Notes: generated from the sequence alone by a model not told the origin. A stretch of 63,500 nucleotides of DNA, filler included, from 5 parts of 5 records of this genome joined end to end with filler, not necessarily neighbours in it, one strand, 5' to 3'. Shown: positions 22,501-29,977, counted from the whole stretch's first letter. A program made the numbers and translations.

Positions 22501-25500
22501 TCATTTGATGTACTTCCTCTTACATGTTCTATATTTGAAATAATATCGTCAAAAGTTGTACCTGCAATATCAACTGTAGCTTGTGTATTTGTATTTAGTG
22601 TAACTTCTATGGCACTATTTGTAGAGCTGTAATCTATCATATCTCCATTTATATGGTTTCCACCATCAATTGTATTTACAACCCCACTTTCTGTAACAAA
22701 GGTATCATCATAATCTGAACCAACAACATTTTCTACTGTAATAAGTCTATCTACAACTCCTCCAGCTTCTGTTGCAGTTCCTGCTTCTAAATCTACATTT
22801 ACTCCACTTCCATTATCATAATCGTATCGTACCTCATCAACGCCATCTCCACCAACAAGTGTATTAGATAATGAACTACCAGTAAATGTATCATTACCAC
22901 TTGTTCCTATAATATTCTCAATTCCATTTATAATATCATCATCACCTGTAGCTAAATCAACTGTTGAATCTCCACTTGCAAGTAAAGTTGCAGTTACACT
23001 ATTTGTATTGTCTGTTATAACACTATAATCTACAGTATCACTTCCAGTTCCACCAATTATTGAATCAATACCATCAGTTTCAGAAGTAGCTATAAATGAG
23101 TCATTACCTTGATTTCCAACTAATGTATCAGCACCTGCATCACCATAAATAAAGTCATTTCCGATACCACCATCGATTGAATCGTTATCTGCTCCACCAT
23201 GTAGTTCATCACTTCCTGCTCCACCTAATAGTGTGTCTTCTCCTGCAAGACCATAAAGTGTGTCATCATCACCCATACCACTTAGAGTATTAACATCACT
23301 ATTACCAGTAATTGTGTCACTATCTAAATTTGAACCTATAATATTTTCTATACCGTAAAGATAATCTGTACCTTGGTCAGCACTTGTTGCAGTACCTTCA
23401 TTGTTGCCTTCAGCAAGATTTACAGTCATTCCTGTAATTGCTTGAGAGTAATCAACTGTATCTCCTGCACTTCCATTGCTATCTGCAGTTGCTGTACCAC
23501 CATATACATAATCAGTACTGTTATCTGCTTGAACAAAAGTTATAGTATCATCACCATCTTCACCATAAATAGTATCTGCTCCTAAACCACCATTTAATAA
23601 GTCATTTGAGTCTCCACCATAAATAGTATCAGTTCCAGCTTCACCTTCAATAGTATCGATACCTTGCTCACCATAAAGGATATCTTTTCCATCTCCTCCA
23701 TAAATAGTATCCGAACCATCACCACCTCTAATAAAGTCATCTCCTGCTCTACCATCTAAAGTGTCATCTCCTGAACCAACACTATTTGCTTCATTTGCTC
23801 CACCATAAATTTGGTCAGAACCATCATTTCCAGTAATTGAATCATTTCCACCCATACCTTCAACTCTATTAATGTTTGTATCACCACTTAATATATCTCT
23901 ACTATCTGTACCTCTTAAGTGTTCAATACCTGTTAGAGTGTGAGTATTTCCATCTATATCAACTGTAACAGTTGAACCTGTTGATAAATCAACTGTAACT
24001 CCACTTGATAATCCATGATAGCTAACAGTATCATAATCAGCTCCACCAATTATTTCATCACCAGTTGCATCTCCATCTGTATCTAAAAGGAATAAGTCAT
24101 CACCTGCTCCACCATTTAAGTAATCAGCTCCACCAGCACCTTTTAAAGTATCATCTCCACCTTGTCCTAAGATGCTATTATTTGAAGAGTCTCCTGTAAT
24201 AGTGTCATTACCAGTATTTGAACCTTTTATGTTTTCAATTCCATAAATAGTATCAGTTTCACCACTTGTACCTACTGTAACACTTGCACCTTCACCTAAA
24301 GTAGTTATAACTCTTGCTTCTGAAGTATAATCTATAGTATCATTTCCTGAGTCACTACCAACAGTACCACCATAAATTACATCATCTCCTCCAAGACCAC
24401 TAAATGTATCATCACCAGCTCCACCTTGAAGCGTATTTGCTACAGAACTACCTGTTATAGAATCATTACCACTTCCACTAATTACATTTTCAAAAGAGCT
24501 TATTGTGTCATTGTCTGTAACTGAAATATAAGCACTCTCAGTATTTAGATTAATTTGTGCATCAGCAGTTGCATACTCATAAGAAACTGTATCATTACCT
24601 GTTCCAGTCCCATTTATAGCATCACCATAAAGATAATCAATACCCTCTTCTCCAGAAATAGTATCATTTCCACCATTTCCTACAAGTGTATTAACATCTG
24701 CATTTCCAGAGATTACATCATCTCCACTTCCTGCAAAAATATTTTCAATATTTCTTACAGTATCACTATCTCCTGAAGTAATTGTTAATGTTGCATCAGT
24801 ATCATTCCCAAGTAAGTTAACAGCAATATCATTTGAAATAGCTTGATAATCTAAAGTATCACTTCCTGTTCCACCATCAATAACATCATTACCATCAGTG
24901 TTACTAGTTGCATAGATTGTATCATCTCCACTACCTGCATTGATATTATCATCTCCATTGTATCCCGTGATAGTGTCATCATCTGCAAGAGTTGAGATAA
25001 TATTATTTGCATGGCTTCCATAAACTATGTCAGAAGCATAATTTGAACCTATAACATTTTCTATACCATAAAGTATATCATCACCTTGACCTTGTTCTCC
25101 ACTAGCTCCATCAGATGTACCAACAGCGTCATAATCTCCAAACTCATTGTCAATATTTAGATTTGTGTCTAATGTAATAGTTAAACTCTCTAAAGCATTT
25201 GTGTAATCTACTGTATCACTTCCTGAATCAGTTGTTGCATCACCACCATAAATAATGTCATCTCCAACATCACCTGTTAGAGTATCATCTCCTGCTTCAC
25301 CATATAAAGTATCATCTCCTGCTTCACCAGTGATGGTATCATTGTCAGCTCCACCATATAGATTATCAGAACCAGCTCCACCTTTGATATCATCTGCTCC
25401 GGCATTACCTAAGATTGAGTTATTTGCAGAATCACCTTGTATAATATCTGAATCTTGTGTCCCTGATACATGTTCAACATTTAACAATATGTCTGTACCA

Positions 25501-26222
25501 CTTTGTCCTTGAACAATAACACTAGAAGGGTTTGTTGTATCAAGAGTTAAATCTATACCATTTTCCCCTGCTACTCCATCTCCTGTTATTACAGAGTAAT
25601 CAACCCAGTCATTAACTCCTGCCCCACCATCATAAGTGTCAGCCCCATCATCAGTCCAAGTATCTAAAACCCCATCATTATTTGTATCTGTACCTGCGAT
25701 GAATCTATCAGAACCAGCATTTCCTGTAATAATATTATCTTGAGTTGAACCTATAAATGTATCGTCTAATCCTGAACCTATAACATTTTCTATACTTGTT
25801 AAAATATCATTATCTGAAGTAGCAATTGTTTGTGATTGTGTTGTGCTTAAATTTACATCCACACCAGTAGTTACATAAGTTTCATAAGATATTGTATCAG
25901 TTCCAGTTCCACCATTTATACTATTATCATAAGCACCTTCTCTCATAATAATAGTGTCATTTGAATCTCCACCAATTACATTTTCAATATCTACTAAAGT
26001 GTCATCTCCGATACCTGTACCTGTCGCTGTTCCATCATCTAAATCTACAATAACATTTAATGATTCATTTTCATAAGTTACAGTATCGCTGCCATCTCCA
26101 CCATCAAGATGGTCATCTCCTCCATCACCTCTTAATGTATCATTCCCACCTTCACCTTTTAAAGTGTTATTATCGCTATCTCCACCAATGAAGTCATTTC
26201 CTGCACTACCTGTAATATTTTC
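10584..26222 (-). CDS. Giant Ca-binding RTX repeat protein (T1SS substrate, probable adhesin or surface-layer protein), >=5212 aa, 5' truncated by contig end
   Basis: Very many GGxGxDx(L/I) nonapeptides and recurring DTVDY...VDL...IENVIGS modules. The frame stays open 92 codons upstream of the track's ATG (25946) to the contig edge, with the same repeats (ENITGSAGNDFIGGDSDNNTLKGEGGND). Confidence 0.93.
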   Translation of the reverse strand, partial: ENITGSAGNDFIGGDSDNNTLKGEGGNDTLRGDGGDDHLDGGDGSDTVTYENESLNVIVDLDDGTATGTGIGDDTLVDIENVIGGDSNDTIIMREGAYDNSINGGTGTDTISYETYVTTGVDVNLSTTQSQTIATSDNDILTSIENVIGSGLDDTFIGSTQDNIITGNAGSDRFIAGTDTNNDGVLDTWTDDGADTYDGGAGVNDWVDYSVITGDGVAGENGIDLTLDTTNPSSVIVQGQSGTDILLNVEHVSGTQDSDIIQGDSANNSILGNAGADDIKGGAGSDNLYGGADNDTITGEAGDDTLYGEAGDDTLTGDVGDDIIYGGDATTDSGSDTVDYTNALESLTITLDTNLNIDNEFGDYDAVGTSDGASGEQGQGDDILYGIENVIGSNYASDIVYGSHANNIISTLADDDTITGYNGDDNINAGSGDDTIYATSNTDGNDVIDGGTGSDTLDYQAISNDIAVNLLGNDTDATLTITSGDSDTVRNIENIFAGSGDDVISGNADVNTLVGNGGNDTISGEEGIDYLYGDAINGTGTGNDTVSYEYATADAQINLNTESAYISVTDNDTISSFENVISGSGNDSITGSSVANTLQGGAGDDTFSGLGGDDVIYGGTVGSDSGNDTIDYTSEARVITTLGEGASVTVGTSGETDTIYGIENIKGSNTGNDTITGDSSNNSILGQGGDDTLKGAGGADYLNGGAGDDLFLLDTDGDATGDEIIGGADYDTVSYHGLSSGVTVDLSTGSTVTVDIDGNTHTLTGIEHLRGTDSRDILSGDTNINRVEGMGGNDSITGNDGSDQIYGGANEANSVGSGDDTLDGRAGDDFIRGGDGSDTIYGGDGKDILYGEQGIDTIEGEAGTDTIYGGDSNDLLNGGLGADTIYGEDGDDTITFVQADNSTDYVYGGTATADSNGSAGDTVDYSQAITGMTVNLAEGNNEGTATSADQGTDYLYGIENIIGSNLDSDTITGNSDVNTLSGMGDDDTLYGLAGEDTLLGGAGSDELHGGADNDSIDGGIGNDFIYGDAGADTLVGNQGNDSFIATSETDGIDSIIGGTGSDTVDYSVITDNTNSVTATLLASGDSTVDLATGDDDIINGIENIIGTSGNDTFTGSSLSNTLVGGDGVDEVRYDYDNGSGVNVDLEAGTATEAGGVVDRLITVENVVGSDYDDTFVTESGVVNTIDGGNHINGDMIDYSSTNSAIEVTLNTNTQATVDIAGTTFDDIISNIEHVRGSTSNDTIAGDTAVNTLYGMAGNDELSGGAGQDYLDGGSGNDTLIGGADADSLIGGTGNDLFTGTEFTADEIDGGTESDLTRGSDTVDYSNVSVSTTGVEVTLNNNVVSSVSVDGNADDHTIVNVENINGTSLSDTITGDSDANSLIGNAGTDTINGGAGDDYIDGGANATGTEILIGGLGLDTIYGGSGVDYIQGGDDNDILYGNEDGDTLDGGAGVDTLDGGDGDDTLIGGAGNDNLIGGLGSDTADYSNESASIQANIANSFAVGTSIGTDTFNSIENITGTNLGGEADQITGNDSANILKGLAGNDTISEMAGDDTVEGGAGNDYIYAGAGDDIIDGDDTDAGTVNGTSDTLDYSSIAINDDSGDDRVVDSNDGDATNGGVDAYLGIEVDLSITTSQRIHAEYGNDTITNIENIIGSDKGDYLAGNDSGNILEGRAGNDYLIGLDGQDRLIGGSGVDTADFTTGSENVVIDMTKSQTDGSDNTYRIENDGYGNAEYLDGVENIITGSGNDTIYGDAQSNTITTGSGNDTIRGGAAADVINGGADEDTVDFSDLAYGVTVDLDTDNNGSNAAEGTALSNGNTDVLREIENVIGTERADNITGDDKDNTLFGGADNDIFKGLEGQDYIDGGDGSSDTIDYSDGTQGIKVDLNATQVLGTESTYRVQDDGFANAEFITGIENITGTSSVDTIIGDGNNNILDGGASGDTIYGGAGSDTLVGQTGADTFAGGAGDDFIYGNALNVSSADSDRDVVDYSSSSHSILLNLSSTSSTIGLLNETTTIIATQTAVGEGTDRLYDIQDVIGSNLADTMVGDDSDNSLLGNGGNDILIGGLGADVIEGQGDNDTILGGLDNDMIYGGSVTAGTHTDSGNDTVNYSYLTDATAINVDLSLDDNDSTTNNEQEIKVVGDATRYDSVEGIENVVGTRNNDTIKGSDDFSEVNTLDGYSGNDTFYASQGVDTFIGGDGVDTLDFSNIDVNNTGENAVIVDLGLEQATDDGYQNGGSAVVDTIREIEVVIGTNGDDQLRGSSVANTLVGGLGNDTIVGIAGANLLQGEDGNDSITGGSNADTIEGGIGNDTLDGSQGNDSIDGGAGNDIINRYAATGDDSIDAGTGDDTIYSGEGSNTITGGTGSDTLTYEQITTTGITVNLGSGVSNDFGTVTVGSETDTLEDHIEIIKGSADTDTILGFNGTAQVGVDYSDTFYGQGSMDSIYGGIGDDTIYGENGDDTLSGQAGNDSIDGGAGTDTIDFADADVGVRVYLNQTDENNVAVAHHVMEDGFGGQDDVTSVEKVIGSAHDDIIKGTDDWNDINAGAGDDTIIATSGGDAIEGGSNTTGTGGGDWLSFEALNSAVNARMQDGQISGGLGSTTISGIENLLGTTYNDTLIGDDNNNSLDGNSGDDTLNGGNGSDYLFGNDGNDTLIGGDGVDTYDGGDGEDVISFYDIEASVDVNLQTSTVNEDGYGNTESGAISNVENIIGSLNYADRLTGDNNDNTIFGYGGNDTINGLGGFDTIYAGTGSDIINTGTDTDDTSEDVAFGQEGIDTFTGNFDKAVMYGDSVGGANLEEDWIDYSNSSNGITVDLSGKLTDSTYTLDSANDDIDGTYVKVINNDSTTDFDLISQIENIIGTDLVDTLGGVDTEDNSILAGDGDDTIFHSNSVGNNYVDGEDGSDWLSLEYYTENIDLNSSSNGIYNIENVLDRQSGASTTIWGSDVSNTFIMYDGNDQVIGRYGDDVYDLGDGDDNARAGGGSDTLIGGAGQDLLDYRNSYTGNSVKIILQDASIDLDDDGVADTSVSEQTTTITLSGLDTVNGDQEFFLVTDSRNETDYILKEADGTADFERFNLSNVDDTFVGDDGDNTVSSSQGNDTVLGMGGDDIINGNEGADLIFGGDGADVLRGDDGDDRLYGNAGDDNIAGGENNDTIWGGSGTNILSGDNGTDIIHDEEGTDTINGGNDEDTVIFKEGTQGVDVNLGLGTSTDAFGNSQTISNVENLTATSQDDILIGEDGVTNIIYGLGGNDTFTVTTNEEGKSDYIYGGDGNADKVILTSNLDGTAGDANSNILVDPDSDSTNYDITVDMLIDNNIEFVSSGTNNSTKMYDVENVDGSDKDDYIKADSENNTINSGAGNDYVQGLLGDDEINAGDGNDIVEGGAGNDTLDGGANIDTLVYTNATSGVTVNLDTGLSTGTSTGNDTISNFENIVGSNSSDTLTGDNSLTVGNTIYGQGGTDTIYGLAGDDELHGGDNDDYIDGGTGNDNMYGEAGDDTFITSAGDDVIDGGENSDTVDYTNATGPLNVTLTDSGVTTINIDGTDSLSNIENLTGTNSNDNITGESNNNTFIGNAGDDILVGAGGDDNLQGGTGDDTLYGGTGTNTIDGGEGGETTGDWINYTDVTGSVNIDLSAGTATGAVSDTISNIEHVQMGDSDDIVQGDIYNNSLLGGAGTDTLSVSSATGGVTFNVSNNDGTTNGAGVGTDNFESFENFIGSNNNDTFNTDAIDNITFNGEGGTDTVDYTSSSSNIDVTVNGSSTVTATDSVNTDTLNNVEKIISGSGDDTFTLNSVNNIDTLDAGAGTDSLSVTSSMDLSSVELINFEEILAQDGQVITVSATALNNENITLHTQGSGQIIVETTTNLDDHNFDNVTVNNESGTGTITLNVTSDIDLSSKNIEGTGTNIFDEFDVNSGVTLTVDATQVDGEIIDTVGNGDIIINATTTASDHDFDNLTNTGNGDITLNVDSSINLSSQNLGAINRYDVAASQTLTLLTTQLTSAMIIAGAGAIDLNSATTTENVDLSSINNDNFTGTLTLNDGSSDNNIIMSDKVDIVNLSSGNDTVNLGAGDDIVNITNTELSTSDSIDGGLGNDTLNINGTGNVDLTTVSSIETINLSDGSNTVTVGTLNSTIEGGSGADTFEFNIANLSSADVINGNNGIDTLRFLDNGTITANQLTNVDVENIELANGGNDITVGTKDFNITGGTGNDTFNYAIDNLSSNDVINGNGGTNNVTFSSSGQITSGDFSNVTNISDVNFANGDDEITLSASDSYLDGVSLNLGAGNNEVIFNGIETLDSSDTIVGGGTDTITFANSGSIDSADFVNVSGIDNINFASGNNTVTLSDNSLDTVDFVLDSGNDNINISSSNLSSADTIDAGTGTDSLNISDTSGTITYNDADFTNLNGFETLNLGDGSADTITIGTTQIAEAGFTNYNGRAGNDTFIVNSTSNLTSIDGGDNQDTLTINTDNLDFSSVSISNIETLNINGNTNLEGSLDASITALTVASGKTLTIDAASLNGVTITNNGTINITNLEANPSFDLSSISGNVNASWSGDGTFTGDVGTAALTIESGTMTVSTGTINTASSIVVNGTLVADASKIDSTTISGSGTLTVNNLETTNIDFSTINVNTINTSWSGTGTFTGDLTNVDTLSVDSGTMTVSDDILGTLNVTGNGSIVVQIDSDSSQNFSTLGLTGTETIQFTADSTFTGNFQNSQVLVDSGTTLTTDASLVSGRTVTNNGTVQVTNLDGTLNANLSTISGTVNTTWDGNGTFVGNLSGVDTLTVSSGTMQVDASTINSVTTITNDSILNITNLDSVTNMDFTKVTNNNTLNAQWSGTDTFTGDFTGLDNLTINSGTMSVDDSILGTLSVDGSGNLTVNADDSSMNLSNVNISGTTTINDSSSSTTIVGTSNDDILNLNSGNDTVNLGTGDDTVNVSSVTDLNTSDNIDAGIGGNDTLNITDSGVTIDSANLIDVSNFENLNLSSGDDTITFDNTTEFNNFTSEFTNINDAGGNDTLSFGNTSVNGDLDFSKLNDFENLNLSSSNDSITLSGDEPQNIDGLAGDDNFTLDFTSLDSDSFNIDGGANNDTVSVTGSTNSISLDTTFGDVDDFSNMETIDLTGMTFNTAADSSDGGTNAEWTLDGSLIDAWGNGTDDLIIRLNSSDASKIEFTDSSNNKFGGDDSDSTALSDGATYTLNDGNGGTVDVQIDLVTN

Positions 26223-26223
26223 A

Positions 26224-26323
26224 NNNNNNNNNNNNNNNNNNNNNNNNNNNNNNNNNNNNNNNNNNNNTTAATTAATTAANNNNNNNNNNNNNNNNNNNNN
26301 NNNNNNNNNNNNNNNNNNNNNNN
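26224..26323. other. Artificial contig linker
   Basis: 44 N + TTAATTAATTAA (stops in all frames) + 44 N; composition changes across it. Confidence 0.99.
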
Positions 26324-26395
26324 CTTTAGACATAATTTAAAATGTATTGATAATCGTGAAGATAAACAATTATTTATTTTCTATGCATTTGCGTC

Positions 26396-28219
26396 TTAAT
26401 TTGACAAGATCTCTTCAAGCCTTTTTTTGAATTCTTTAGGCTTTTCAAACCCATTCAAACGAAGGTCAGTTCTTTCCTTGCCACTTTCATCATAAAAAAT
26501 GATCGTAGGGACTCCCGGAATGTTGAATTCTTCTTTTAAAGCATTTGTACTGTCATTCACAACTGTCAGATCCACTTTCAAACGCACAAAATCTTTCAGT
26601 AGCTCCCTTACTTCGGGATCAGCAAAGGTTATATGCTCCAATTCTTTGCATGGATTGCACCAATCAGCATAAAAATCAATGATCACAGGCTGTTTTTCTA
26701 CAGCTGATACGTTCAAAGTTTGAGCTGAGTATGTATCCCATGACAATTCCTCGGCAGGATCTGCAGCAGGTTTGATCATTAGAATGCCAACCGCCAAAAC
26801 AGCCATAGCAAGGATCACCTTTAATCTTGAGAACCATGCTACAGAAAGTCCGGCTTTATCAATAATCCCATAATAAACTGCTGCCGCGATCAAATATACC
26901 GGAAGGATGTAATCTGCAATTGGCCCTGAGATCAAAGGCAAGATGAAATATATCGACATACCGATCAATGCAAGTCCGAAAAACATTCTAATGCCATTCA
27001 GCCATTCACCCGAACGTGGCAAACTGTTGATCTTGTTGGAAAATATTCCGAGGAACAAATAAGGCAGGCCAAGACCCAACGCTAAGAAAAAGAATGTTAT
27101 GAATCCAATAAAGACAGAACCTCTTTGAGCTACAAAACCGAGTAAACTCACCACAAAAGGTCCTACGCATGGTGCTGCCACAATACCCATGGTCAGCCCC
27201 ATGATCAAGGCACCTACGGCACCACTTTTACTTCCTCCCCCAACTTGTGTCAGAGCGTTAGGAAGTTTAAATTCGTAAAGGCCGAACATACTCAAAGACA
27301 AGGCCAGCATTAATACCGCAAAAAATATCAAGGTAGCAGGATGTGCGAGCAAGGAGCCCATCATACTTCCACCGAATGCAGCCAGCGTGCCAATCAGCGA
27401 ATAGGTGATCGCCAATCCAAGGACATACATGACAGCCAATAAAACGGGAGATTTGGTTTCTTTCTGTGCAAGAAAGTAGCCCATGGTGATCGGGATCAAA
27501 GGATAAACACAAGGTGTAAGGTTCAGTGCAAGCCCCATAACAAAAACGATCATTAATACAACGATCATGCTTCTATTTTGAAATGGCCCTTCTTTAACCT
27601 CATCTTGAGTTTCTATCAACTCTTCCTTTGCGGATTCCAAAATAACTTCGGCACCTTCATGCTCTTCTTGTGAAGCATCTTCATTTTCATGATGCTCCTC
27701 TTCACTTTCTATTTTTTCTTCAGAATGTGAGGTTTCGTTATTTTCTTTAAGCGCAGGAGCTAACACTGAAATATTTGATCTAAGGCTTACAGTAGCCGGT
27801 GACATACAGGTTACATCATTACATGCTTGATATGAGATCACGAATTCCAGATCTTTATTGCCGGCCGAAAGACCTGTTTTACTTCTTAGCAAACCTGTGA
27901 TCTTGATCGTTGATTCATAAAGGGACATCGTTCCGCCCCAAGAGATCGGAGTTAGTTTACCCTCGGGGTATTTAAGGGCTTCAAGTGTGAAATTATTGTT
28001 ATCTGTAAGGGATACTTGAGTGGGGATGGAATATTCATCCGCTACTACCGAACTGTTGATATGCCATCCTTCTTTTATTTTTAGGATGAATTCTACTTCA
28101 GATGACCCGGTATTTTTGATCTTATTCTCTTCTATTTCGACACTGGCTGTAACAATATCATCCTGTGCGAATAAGAATGTTGTTATGGCTAGAATCACTA
28201 TTGCGATGATGCGCTTCAT
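26396..28219 (-). CDS. dsbD: Thiol:disulfide interchange protein DsbD
   Basis: Signal peptide MKRIIAIVIL (ATG 28219 with AAGGAAG RBS); n-domain YQACNDVTC; TM domain LTPCVYPLIP and APCVGP; thioredoxin domain FYADWCNPCK. Confidence 0.92.
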   Translation of the reverse strand: MKRIIAIVILAITTFLFAQDDIVTASVEIEENKIKNTGSSEVEFILKIKEGWHINSSVVADEYSIPTQVSLTDNNNFTLEALKYPEGKLTPISWGGTMSLYESTIKITGLLRSKTGLSAGNKDLEFVISYQACNDVTCMSPATVSLRSNISVLAPALKENNETSHSEEKIESEEEHHENEDASQEEHEGAEVILESAKEELIETQDEVKEGPFQNRSMIVVLMIVFVMGLALNLTPCVYPLIPITMGYFLAQKETKSPVLLAVMYVLGLAITYSLIGTLAAFGGSMMGSLLAHPATLIFFAVLMLALSLSMFGLYEFKLPNALTQVGGGSKSGAVGALIMGLTMGIVAAPCVGPFVVSLLGFVAQRGSVFIGFITFFFLALGLGLPYLFLGIFSNKINSLPRSGEWLNGIRMFFGLALIGMSIYFILPLISGPIADYILPVYLIAAAVYYGIIDKAGLSVAWFSRLKVILAMAVLAVGILMIKPAADPAEELSWDTYSAQTLNVSAVEKQPVIIDFYADWCNPCKELEHITFADPEVRELLKDFVRLKVDLTVVNDSTNALKEEFNIPGVPTIIFYDESGKERTDLRLNGFEKPKEFKKRLEEILSN

Positions 28220-28327
28220 ATACTTCCTTTCATTTTCCGATGTATAATATTGAAAATATCCCATTTTTAACACATTTTTTCTTGCAAATACGGTTTTTTC
28301 GCATTATAATTTTTGGCTTTTTAACAT

Positions 28328-28399
28328 GCGAGAGTAGCTCAGTGGTAGAGCCCCACGTTGCCAACGTGGCTGTCGCGAGTTCGAATCTCGTCTCTCGCT
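28328..28399 (+). tRNA. tRNA-Gly (GCC)
   Basis: Acceptor stem GCGAGAG/CTCTCGC, D-arm TAGCTCAGTGGTAGAGC, anticodon arm CCACG-TTGCCAA-CGTGG, T-loop GTTCGAATC; CCA not encoded. Confidence 0.95.
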
Positions 28400-28404
28400 C
28401 AAGG

Positions 28405-28433
28405 ACCCTGTCAAACGACAGGGTTTTTCTTTT
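28405..28433 (+). terminator. Rho-independent terminator after tRNA-Gly
   Basis: ACCCTGTC-AAAC-GACAGGGT hairpin followed by TTTTCTTTT. Confidence 0.8.
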
Positions 28434-28551
28434 GAAGGTGTTTTCGCTTTCATTGCTCATTTTAAATTCAACCCAAGCTTTCGTATGTCTATTTACTTGA
28501 CTTCATATCGAATGTTTCAGTAAATTTACTGTTCAAATTTAAGAGGTTCTT

Positions 28552-29745
28552 ATGAAAAACATTATTCCCGCAGCTCGTGTGGAAAACATCCGTTACGCTA
28601 TTCGTGAAGTTGTTGGACTTGCCAATGAAGTAAAAGCAACAGGTAAGGAAATGACTTTCCTGAACATTGGTGATCCAAATATTTTTGATTTTGCTCCTCC
28701 AAAACATATGGTTGATGCGGTATATAAAGCTATGCTGGACAATAAGAACGGGTATTCTCCGTCTCCCGGTACCGCCGAAGCACGAGAATCCATCAGTCGT
28801 CAGGCAGAGCGAAGCGGTATTAAAGATGTTCATGATATCATTGTTACACATGGTGCAAGCGAAGCGATCGAGCTGAGTTTAACGGCACTGCTTGAAAAAG
28901 GTGATAATGTTCTCCTGCCCCAACCGGGTTATCCCCTATATTCTTCTATTCTGGCAAAATTGGATGCGGTTGTTAATCCCTATTACTTGAATGAGGAAGA
29001 TGACTGGAACCTCGACGTTGCCGATATCGAAAGCCGTATCAATGACAAAACGCGTGCGATCGTTGTAATAAATCCTAACAACCCTACCGGAGCTATCTAT
29101 CCGAAGGAAACTCTGGAGCAGATCATCGATCTGGCCAGGAAGTATGATCTGGTTCTCTTCTCTGATGAGATCTACGATAAATTATTATTTGATGGCAACA
29201 CCTACACATCGATGGGTTCACTTTGTAACGATGTTCCGATCGTAACCTTTAACGGTTTATCAAAATCTTATATCGTCCCCGGTTTCAGGATCGGTTGGGG
29301 AATATTCAGCGGGCCTATCGACATTATGAAGGATTATATTGAAGCTGTTAATAAAATGGCTCGTGCCCGTCTAAGCGCATCGCACCCGGTGCAATTTGCG
29401 ATCAAAGCGGCACTTGATGGACCGCAGGATCATATCAAGGAAATGATCAATGCTTTAACGATCCAACGGGATATGACCGTATCCATGTTGAATGATATGG
29501 AAGAGTTTGACTGTAAAACTCCCAAAGGTGCATTTTATGCATTCCCTACCTTGAACATTCCCGACAAAGATGAAGATTTCGTTAAAGACCTTATTCGTGA
29601 AACCGGTGTTGTTACCGTTCATGGAAGCGGTTTTGGTCAAAAACCCGGCACTCAGCATATCCGTATCGTTTTTCTTCCAAATGAAAAACTGCTGGAACGT
29701 GCCTATGAACAGATCCGAACATTTGTAAACAAACGTTACCACTAG
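28552..29745 (+). CDS. PLP-dependent class I/II aminotransferase (alanine/aspartate aminotransferase-like)
   Basis: LNIGDP, INPNNPTG, SDEIY, PLP-lysine motif GLSKSYIVPGFRIGW. Confidence 0.93.
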   Translation: MKNIIPAARVENIRYAIREVVGLANEVKATGKEMTFLNIGDPNIFDFAPPKHMVDAVYKAMLDNKNGYSPSPGTAEARESISRQAERSGIKDVHDIIVTHGASEAIELSLTALLEKGDNVLLPQPGYPLYSSILAKLDAVVNPYYLNEEDDWNLDVADIESRINDKTRAIVVINPNNPTGAIYPKETLEQIIDLARKYDLVLFSDEIYDKLLFDGNTYTSMGSLCNDVPIVTFNGLSKSYIVPGFRIGWGIFSGPIDIMKDYIEAVNKMARARLSASHPVQFAIKAALDGPQDHIKEMINALTIQRDMTVSMLNDMEEFDCKTPKGAFYAFPTLNIPDKDEDFVKDLIRETGVVTVHGSGFGQKPGTQHIRIVFLPNEKLLERAYEQIRTFVNKRYH

Positions 29746-29780
29746 TACTAGTCACTAGTTTCTAGTCACCAGTTACTAAT
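29741..29780. repeat. Degenerate ~7-nt tandem repeat (ACTAGT[C/T])
   Basis: actagt-actagtc-actagtt-tctagtc-accagtt-actaat between the aminotransferase stop and the tRNA. Confidence 0.6.
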
Positions 29781-29782
29781 AT

Positions 29783-29853
29783 GCGGGTGTAGTTCAATGG
29801 TAGAACATTAGCTTCCCAAGCTAAATACGAGGGTTCGATTCCCTTCACCCGCT
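29783..29853 (+). tRNA. tRNA-Gly (CCC)
   Basis: Acceptor stem GCGGGTG/CACCCGC, D-arm TAGTTCAATGGTAGAAC, anticodon arm TTAGC-TTCCCAA-GCTAA, T-loop GGTTCGATTCC. Confidence 0.95.
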
Positions 29854-29977
29854 CTTTCCACAGTAAGCAGTTGGCAGTAAGCTGAAATCAGTATAAAACC
29901 TATTTATTATTTAATTAAAATAATATGCTGACATTTAGCTTTTTGACCCTATATTTCCGCTTAAACCCGAAAGGTGC

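Noticed and set aside
10696-25512. Many plus-strand ORFs (Ser/Pro/Val- or His/Leu-rich) opposite the giant gene
   Set aside because: Antisense shadows of the repetitive RTX codons; no independent motifs.
25944-25946. ATG given by the ORF track as the start of the giant protein
   Set aside because: The frame and repeats continue upstream to the contig edge; this is an internal Met.
28328-29853. Two tRNA-Gly genes bracketing the aminotransferase as attL/attR of an integrated element
   Set aside because: They are complete, different isoacceptors (GCC, CCC) with different 3' ends, and there is no integrase.
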